Below, one piece after another: positions 20,701 to 29,700 of a stretch of 64,000 nt of DNA. A program made the translations under genes and the position numbers. Every line of letters begins with the position of its first letter. Position 1 is the first letter of the stretch. The DNA comes from Vulcanimicrobiota bacterium (lineage in GTDB: Bacteria; Vulcanimicrobiota; Xenobia; Xenobiales; JADMJV01), in the NCBI GenBank assembly GCA_050250895.1, contig JBFWNU010000012.1, forward strand, positions 1 to 64,000, in the 5' to 3' direction. The notes below the pieces were generated by a model, which was not told the DNA's origin, made no database searches, and was given only the letters and a program-made list of their open reading frames with translations.

Positions 20701-23700
20701 CGCTCACGTCGACACTGCCGCCGGTCGAGGTCGCGTTGAGCGCGACCGCGTCGGCTTCGTTGACGGCCAGGTCGCCGACCGAGGTGGCCACCAGGGTGCC
20801 CACGTCGGTAATAAGATTGAGGGTGCCGGCCGAGTTGGCCGTCAGCATGTTGGCGGTCACGGTGCCGCCGGTGAGGTTGCCACTGGTGGTGGTGAAGGTG
20901 GCGTTGCCGGTGGTGGTGGCGTTGGCCACGGTCAGGCTGCCTCCGGCGGTGACGTCGATCTCGCCGCTGCCGGTGTCGGCGTTAAGGGTCAGGGCGTCGC
21001 TCTCGTTGACGGTCAGGTTGCCGTTCGAGGTGGTGGCCACCAGGGTGGTGAGGCTGGTATTGAGGGTGGCGTTGCCGCCGTTGGTGGTGAAAGTTCCCGT
21101 GTTGCCGGCGATGCTGGTGCCGGTGACATCCCCGTTGGTGATGACGTTGACGTTGCCCGTGGTGTTGGTCGACAGGGTCAGGGCGTCGGTCTCGTTGAGG
21201 GTGATGTCGCCGCCGGCCACCGCATTCACCGTGTCGACGGTGGTGTTGAGGTTGGTGTTGCCGGCCGAGTTCGTGTTCACCGTGGTGCCGGTCAACAGGC
21301 CGCCGCTGATGTCGCCGCTGGTGGTGGTCAGGTCGGTGGTGCCGGTGACGGTGGTATTGCCCAGGGTCATCGAGCCGCCCGAGGTGACGTCGGCATCGCC
21401 GCCGACGGTGCCGCTCAGGTTGAGGGCGTCGGTCTCGTTGACGGTGAGGTTGTCGGTGGTGTTGGCCACCAGGTTGGTGACGGTGGTGTTCAGGCTGGCG
21501 TTGCCGGCCGAGGTCACCGTCAGGGTGTTGGTGGCCACGGGGCCGCCGTTGATGTCACCACTGGTGGTGGTCAGCGCAGCGTTGCCCGAGGTGGCGCTCA
21601 CGCCGTTGACGGTGATGGTGCCGCCAGCGGTCACGTCGACATCGCCGGTGGTGGAGGTGGCCGTCAGGGCCAGAGCATCGGCTTCGTCGACGGTGAGGTC
21701 GCCCACCGAGGTGGCCACCAGAGTGCCGACATCGGTCATCACGTTGATGAGGCCGGCGGAGTTGAGGTTCAAGTTGTTGGCGGCGGTGGTGCCCGATGAG
21801 GTGATGTTGCCGGTGGTGGTGGTCACCGCGATGTTGTTGAAGCCGCCCAGAGTCGACAGGTCAACCGAGTCGCCGACGGTCAGATTGAGGTCGCCAGGGC
21901 CTGAGGCGTTCAGGGTGAGGGTGTCGGTCTCGTTGATCGTGATGTTGCCGCCGGCCACTGCGTTGAGGGTGTTGACGGTGGTGCTGATGTCGAGGTCGTT
22001 GGCCGCGTTGGCGTTGAGGGTGTCGGCCGAGATCAGGCCACCGGTCAGGTCGCCGCTGTTGGTGGTGAGATTGGCCGTGCCGCCCAGAGTGGTCACACCG
22101 GCCACTACCATGGTGTCACCGCTGGTGATCGTGATGGGACCGCCGGTATTGGAAGTGGCCGTGACCGTCAGCCCGTCGGCTTCGAGCACGTCGATGGCGC
22201 CGTTGGCCACGGCCGTCAAGGTGTTGACCATGGTCTGCACGTTGATCAGGCCGTTGGCGTCGAGGTTGGCGGTGTCGGCCACCATGGTCGCGACGCTCGA
22301 GATGTTGCCGCCCGTCGAGGTAAGATTGAGGCTGCCGCCGGTGCCGGCGTTAAGATTGGTCCAGCCGATGTTGCCCCCGGCCGTGACGGCGATATCACTG
22401 CCCGAGGTGATAATGTCGAGCACCACATCGTCGGCTTCGTTGACGGTGACATTGCCGCCGCCCACCCCGGCGGTGGTGAAGTTGGTTACGGTCGTGTTGA
22501 CGCTGATGTCGCCGCCGTTCGAGTTGAGAGTAGCCGAGTTGGCTACGAGGCCCGGGCTGGTGATCAGTCCGGTGGCCACCACCGAGACGTTGTTGGCGGT
22601 GTTGGTGGCGATACTGAGGCCGTCGGTTTCGGTGACGCTGATGTTGCCACCGGCGATAGCGCTCATGGTGTTGACCGTGGTGGTCAGGGTGGTGTTGCCT
22701 GAAGAATTGGTGTTCAGGGTGTCGGCGTTGACCAGGCCGCCGGTGATGTTGCCGGCCGGAGTGGTGATGGTGACCGTGTTCGGGGTGGTCACCCCCAGGA
22801 TATTCAGCGAACCCGTCTGACTGAGCAGGTCGATGTTGCCACCCACTGACTGGGCCGTCACGTCGAGGTCGTCGAGTTCGTTGACGGTCAGGTTGCCGTT
22901 GGCGATGGCGTTGAGGGTGGAAGCGTTGGTCTGAACGTTGATGGTGCCGGCCGAATTGAGGCTGATGTCGTTGGCGTTGCTGGTGGCCGACGAGGTGATG
23001 TTGCCGGTGGTGGTAGTCACGTCGATGGTGGCAAAGCCAGCCAGGGTGGCCAGATCCACGCTGTCGCCGACGATCAAGGTGAAGGCGTTGGGACCGGTGG
23101 CACTGGTGATGTTGATGCTGTCGGTCTCGTTGACACTGATGTTGCTGGTGGCCGAAGTGACGTTCAGGCTGTTGACGGTGGTGGTGATGTCGACCAGTCC
23201 GCCAGCGTTGGCGGTCAGCAAGTCGGTGGTGATCAGCCCACCAGTGAGGGCTCCCCCGGCGATAAGGGTGGTGTCGCGGCCGGCGGTGTTGGTAATGCTG
23301 CCGGCCACCATCAGGTCGCCGGTCGAATTCACCAGGATGTTGCCGCCGGTGGCGTTGCCGGTGAAGGTGATGTGGCCGACACCAGTGTTGGAAAGATCGA
23401 TGTTGCCGGCGGTGGTGGTCAAGTTGGCCGACACCCCGTCGGCCTCGCTGATGGTCATATCGCCGGCCGAGGTGGCCACGATGTTCCCCGCGTCGGTGGT
23501 AAGAGCGAGAGGACCGGACCCGGACGATACCGTCAGAGTGCCGGGGGCGACCAGCGTGACTCCGCTGGTGACCTGGCCCGGCGTGGTGGCGGTGATGTTG
23601 GTGAAGCCGGTGGCGCCGGCGATGTTGAGCACGCCCGAGCCGGCCGAGGCGTTGAAGTCGCCGGTGCCGGTGGCGTCGATGCTAAGCGAGTTAACGTCGT

Positions 23701-26700
23701 TCACGGTCACGTTGCCGGTGGCGTTGATGGTGGCCAGGGTCACGTTGGTGGTGATGTTGACGTTGACGGCCGTATTGACGGCCACGGTGCTAGAGTTGAT
23801 GGTGCCGCCGGTCACGTCGCCGGTGGCGTTGAGCACGGCCACGGTGGCGCCGGTGATCCCGGTGATGTTCAGGTTGCCGCCCGATTGGGCCAGCACGGTC
23901 GCGGCGCCGCTACCGGTGACGCCCAGATTTACGTCGTCGAGTTCATCGACGAAAATCGAGTTGCCACCAGTGACGTTGAGGTTGGTGGCGTCGGTCTGGA
24001 TGTTGACCTGGCCCGTGCCGGCGTTGAGGTTGGCCGTGCCCGCCGAGATGCGCGAGGCGCCCGAGTTGACGTTGCCACTGGCGGTCAGGTTAAAGGTGTT
24101 GGGGGTGTCAACATCATTGATGGTGAGAGCGTTCGTCTCGTTGATGGTGATGTTGCCGCCCGCGCCGGCATCGAGGCTGGCGATGGTGGTGTTGAGGTTG
24201 ATGTCGTTGCCGGCGTCCACGATCAGCTGCGAAGTGGCGGCCGTGACCGTACCAGTCAGGCTGCCGGCCAGCGAGCTGAGGGTTACGGTGCCGGGACTGG
24301 TGATATTGACGTTGGCGTCGTCGGCCTCGTTGAGGGTGATGGTGCCGGTGGTGGTGTTGGCGTTGAGGTTGGTCACCGCCGTGTTGAGCGGGCCGATGCC
24401 GCTGGAAGCTTGCAGGTCGAGAGTGTTGCCGCTGACCACCCCCGGACCGCTGATGGTGCTGGTGGTCGAGGTCAGGCTGACGTCGCCGGTGGTAGCGGTC
24501 ACGGTGTTAGCGGTGAGAGCGCCCCCGGCCGTTACATCGATGTTGCCCGTGGTCGAGGCGGCGGTCAAGTCGAGGGCGTTGGCCTCGCTGACAGTCAGGT
24601 CGCCGACCGAGGTGGCCACCAGGGTGCCGACATCGGTCATGACGTTGATCAGGCCGGCCGAGTTCAGATTCAGGTTGGTGGCGCTGGTGATGCCCGACGA
24701 GGTGATGTTGCCGGTGGTGGTGGTCACCGCAATGTTGGTGAAGCCGCCCAGGGTGGCCAAATCCACCGAGTCGCCCACGGTGAGGTCGAGGTCGCCAGGG
24801 CCGGTGGCGTTGAGGGCCAGGGCGTCAGACTCGTTGATGACGATGTTGCCGGTGGTGGCTACCGCGTTGAGCGTGTTGACGGTAGTGACCAGGTTCAGGC
24901 TGTCCCCGGTGGCGTTAAGATTGTTGGCTATGATGGTGCCGCCCGTGATGGCACCCATGCTGGTAGAGAGATTGGCGTTGCCGGTGGTGTTGACCCCGCT
25001 CACCGTCATGGCGTCGCCGCTGGTGACGTTGATGGTGCCGCCGCCGGTGGAGTTGGCGGTCAGGTCGAGGCCGTCGCTCTCGGTCACGTTGATGTTGCCG
25101 GCCGAGGTTGCGTTGAGGGCCGTGACGGTAGTGCCCAGAGTGGTGTTGCCGGCCGAGTTGGTGGTCAAGGTGCCGGTGACCACCGGACCGCCGGTGAGGT
25201 CACCGCTGGTGGTGGTCAGGCTAGCGTTGCCGGCACTGGCAGTCACGCTGCTGACCGTCATGGCGCCACCCGAGGTGACGTTGACGTTGCCAGCGGTGGA
25301 GGTGGCCGTCAGGTCGAGGGCGCTGGCCTCGTTGATAGTCAGGTTGCCCACCGAGCTCGCCACCAGGGTGCCGACATCGGTAATCAGGTTGATGGTGCCG
25401 GCCGAGTTGGCGGTCAGTTGACTGGAGGTGACCGTGCCGCCGGTGATGTCGCCAGCGCTGGTGGTCAAGCTGGTGTTGCCGGTGGTGGTGACGCCCGCCA
25501 CACTGATGGTGCCGCCACTGGTCACGTCGACCTCGCCGCTACCACTGTTGGCCGTCAGGCCCAGACCGTCGGTCTCGTTGACGGTAAGATTGCCGTTCGA
25601 AGTAGTGGCCACCAGCGTGGTCAGACTGGTATTGAGGGTGGCGTTGCCGCCGTTGGTGATGAAAGTTCCGGTGTTGCCGACGATGCTGGTGCCGGTGACG
25701 TCGCCCATGGTGGTGATGTTGACGTTGCCGGTGCTGTTGGTCGACAGGGTCAGCGAGTCGGTCTCGGTGATGGTGACGCCGCCGCCGGCGATGGCCGAAA
25801 GGGTGTCGATGTCGGTGGTCAGGCTGGTGTTGCCGGCCGAATTGGTGGTCACCGACGTGCCGGTCAGCGTGCCGCCGTTGATGTCTCCGCTGGTGGTGGT
25901 CAGGCTGGTGGTGCCCGTGACGTCGGTATTGCCCAGGGTGAGAGTGCCACCCGAGGTGACATCGGCATCGCCGCCCACCGTGCCGCTCAAGACCAGGGTA
26001 TTGGCCTCGTTGATGGTCAGATTACCGGTGGTGTTGGCCACCAGACCGGCCGCGCTGGTGTTCAGGCTGGCGTTGCCGGCCGAAGTAAGATTCAGGGTGT
26101 TGGTGGCCACCGTGCCACCGTTGATGTCGCCGCTGGTGGTGGTCAAGACGGCGTTGCCGGCGTTGGCCGTGACACCGTTGACGGTGAGGGTGCCGCCGGC
26201 CGTTGCAAAGACATTGCCGGTGGTCGAAGTGGCCGTCAGGGCCAGGGCGTCGGCCTCGGTCACGTTGAGGTTGCCGACCGAGGTGGCCACCAGAGTTCCG
26301 ACATCGGTCATCACGTTGATAATGCCGGCCGAGTTGAGGGTCAAGTTGGTGGCGCTGGTGGTGCCCGACGAGGTGATGTTGCCGGTGGTGGTGGTCACCG
26401 AAATGTTGGTGAAGCCACCCAGGGTGGCCAGGTCGACCGAGTCGCCCACGGTCAGGTCGAGGTCGCCAGGACCGGTGGCGTTGAGGCCCAGGGCGTCGGA
26501 CTCGTTGATGACGATATTGCCGGTGTTCGCGATGGCGTTGAGGGTGTTGACGGTGGTGACCAGATTCAGGCTGTCGCCGGTGGCGTTAAGGTTGTCAGCC
26601 GTGATGGTGCCGCCGGTGATGGCGCCCATGCTGGTCGAAAGATTGGCGTTACCGGTGGTGGTGACGCCGTTGACGGCCATGGCGTCGCCGCTGGTAACGT

Positions 26701-29700
26701 TGATGGTACCGCCGCCGGTCGAGTTGGCCGCCAGGTTGAGTCCGTCGGTCTCGGTAATATTGATGTTGCCGCCGGCGGTGGCGTTCAGACTGGTGACCGC
26801 GGTATCGAGGGCGGTATTGGCTGCCGAGTTGGTGGTCAGCGTGCCCGTGGCCACCGGGCCGCCCAACAGGTCGCCGCTGGTGGTGGTCAGGCTGGCGTTA
26901 CCCGAGGTAGCGTTCACGCTGGTGACGCTCATGGAACCGCCCGAGGTCAGGTTGACGCTGCCACCGGTGGAGGTGGCCGTGACCGTGAGAGCGTCGGCTT
27001 CGTTGACGGTCAGGTTGCCGGCGGCCGCGGCCACCAGGGTGCCGATATCGGTGATCAGGTTGATGGTACCGGCCGAGTTGGCCGTCAACTGGCTCGAAGT
27101 GACGGTGCCGCCGGTAATGTTGCCAGCGCTGGTGGTCAGGCTGGTATTGCCGGTGGTGGTGACGCCGGCCACGTTGATGGTGCCGCCGCTGGTCACATGA
27201 ACCTCGCCAGTGCCGGCGTTGGCGGTCAGGCTGAGACCATCGGCCTCGTTGACGGTGAGGTTGCCGTTCGAGGTGGTGGCGATCAAAGTGGTCAGGCTGG
27301 TGGTGAGGGTGGCGTTGCCGCCGTTAGTGATGAAGGTTCCTGTGTTGCCAGCGATGCTGGTTCCGGTCACATCGCCGTTGGTGGTGATGTTGACGTTACC
27401 GGGCGTGTCGGTCGAGAGCATCAACGAGTCGGTCTCGTTGATGGTGATGTTGCCGCCAGCGATGGCCGAAAGGGTGTCGACGGTGGTGTTGAGACTCGTG
27501 TTAGCGGCCGAATTCGTGTTGAGGGTGCCGGCCGTGACCGTGCCAGTGAGGTCGCCCATCGAGGTGGTAAGGGTGGCCGTGCCGCTGCTGACGTTGACGT
27601 TGGCATTGAGTCCGTTGGCCTCGGTGATGTTGACTCCGACGCCGGTGGCCACGAGGTTGGCGATGTCGGTACTGAGGGTGACAAAGCCAGCCGGGGTCAG
27701 GGTGGTCAAAGTGTTGGCCGTGACGGTGCCGCCGTTGATGTTACCGTCACCAACCGTCAGAGTGACGTTTCCGCTGGTGGAGACGGTATTGAGGGTCTGG
27801 GTGCCGCCACTGGCCACCGAGATATCGCCGTTGGTGCTGGTGACGGTCAGATCGGTGATGCTGTCCTGCTCATTGAGGATGATGCCGTTGGTCGCCGCCA
27901 CGTTCAGCACGTCGGCGTCGGTCATCAGGTTCAGGCTGGTGGCGGAGTTCAGGTTCAGGGTCGAGGCGACGAGCGGGGCGCTGCTGGTGATGGCTCCCAC
28001 CGTCGAGGTGAGCCCGATGGTGTCGAATCCGGCCGCGGTGACCACGTTGATGGTGGCTCCCGACCCATCCAGGGTGGTAGTGCCGGTGCCCAGCGCGTTG
28101 AGGTTGACGGTTCCGCCTCCCACGTCATTGAAGCTGGCGCCGGTATTGGCAAAAAGATTGAGGGTGTCGCCGACCGAGGTCTGTAGGCCGGTGATGGAAT
28201 TGGCGCTGGCCGACACATTGGTTCCGCTGACGGTGCCACCGACAGCGCTACTGATGTCGCCCACATTGGAGGTCAAGAAAACCTCGCCGGTGGTGCTGAT
28301 GCCAGGAGCGAGAATCATCAGGTTGTCATTGGCGAAAAGATCGATGTCTCCGCCGCCGGTGCTGACGGCGCTGGCGTCGAGGTCGTCGTTTTCGAAGACG
28401 CTGATGTTGCCGCTGGCGTTAGCTATCAGGGTATTGAGGGTGGTGCCGACCACGATGTCGCCGCCGGCAGTCAGATCGGCCATGTCTCCGATGAGAGTGG
28501 TGCCCATCGTGATGTCGCCGCCAGCAGTCAGATCGATCGTGTCCCCCATGATGGTGGCGAAGGCCTGGGAGGGGCCGATGTCGCCGCTCGAGTTGAGCGT
28601 GACGTTGCCGGTGCCGGCGTCGAGAAGATTGACACCCAGGTCATTACTGACGCCCTGGGTGGTGATGGTCACGTCGCCGCCCGCGGATTGCACATCGAAA
28701 ACATTGATGGCATCGGGGTCGACCACGGTCACGTTGCCGCCCGCGGTGTTGGCCGTCAGGTCGAGGATGTCGGCGTTGGCCAGATTGATGTCGCCGCCGT
28801 TGGTAGTGAGGTCGACCCCGTCGATGACCAGCCCTGAGCTGGTGACGGCCCCGTTGGCGATCAGGGTTAGGGCGCTGGCCGTGCCGGCCACATCCAGTCC
28901 GTCGGTTTCGTTGATGCTGACCAGGCTGCCGTTGATCAGGTTGAGGCTGGTCACGTTGGTGGTCAGGTTGGCATTGTTGGCCGCGTCGATATTCAGGGTC
29001 GCGGCGTTGACCGTGCCACTCGAACTGATGTTCCCGCTGGAGGTCGTCAGCGTAGCCACCGTGGCCGCGTCGAGCACGGCTACCATCATGTCGCCGTCGG
29101 TGGCGATGCTCACCGCCCCGGCGGCGCTGGTTGCCTGGATGGTGAGCGGCGAGCCACCCACATCGTTGAAGCTGAGATCGCCCGTGGCCATGCCCGTGAA
29201 AGAAGTGGTAATGGCAGAGTCGACCAGGTCGATGGTGCTGCCGTTGACGGTCAGGGTGTCCGCTGTGATACCGAAGCCGGTCACCGCATTTGTGCTGTCG
29301 ATGGTAAGGTCGGTCCCGGTCAAGTCGGCGCTGCTCACGTCGACGGCCGCGCTGGTGTGGAACGTCACCGGAGTCGAAAAGATGACGTCGAGGGTCCCAC
29401 CCGGCATCTGGAAGTAGTCGAAGAAGTCACCCCCAAAGGCGGTGATGAGGACGGCTCCGTCGCTGGCAGTCACCTCTAATGCCGCGTTCGAGAAATTGTC
29501 GATGTCGACATTGGCTACCCCGGAAGTCACGACGTTGAGCAGGGTGTCCACATCGACTTCAAGCGGGTTCAAGCCTCCATCAGCAAAGATGGTATCGGCG
29601 GTGAGGTTGGCGGTGTTTGCGAACAACACCGGACCCTCGTTGGTAAGACCGTTGAGGGTGGCGGCGGTGAGGTTGACGGTATTGCCTTCGATGTAGTCGA

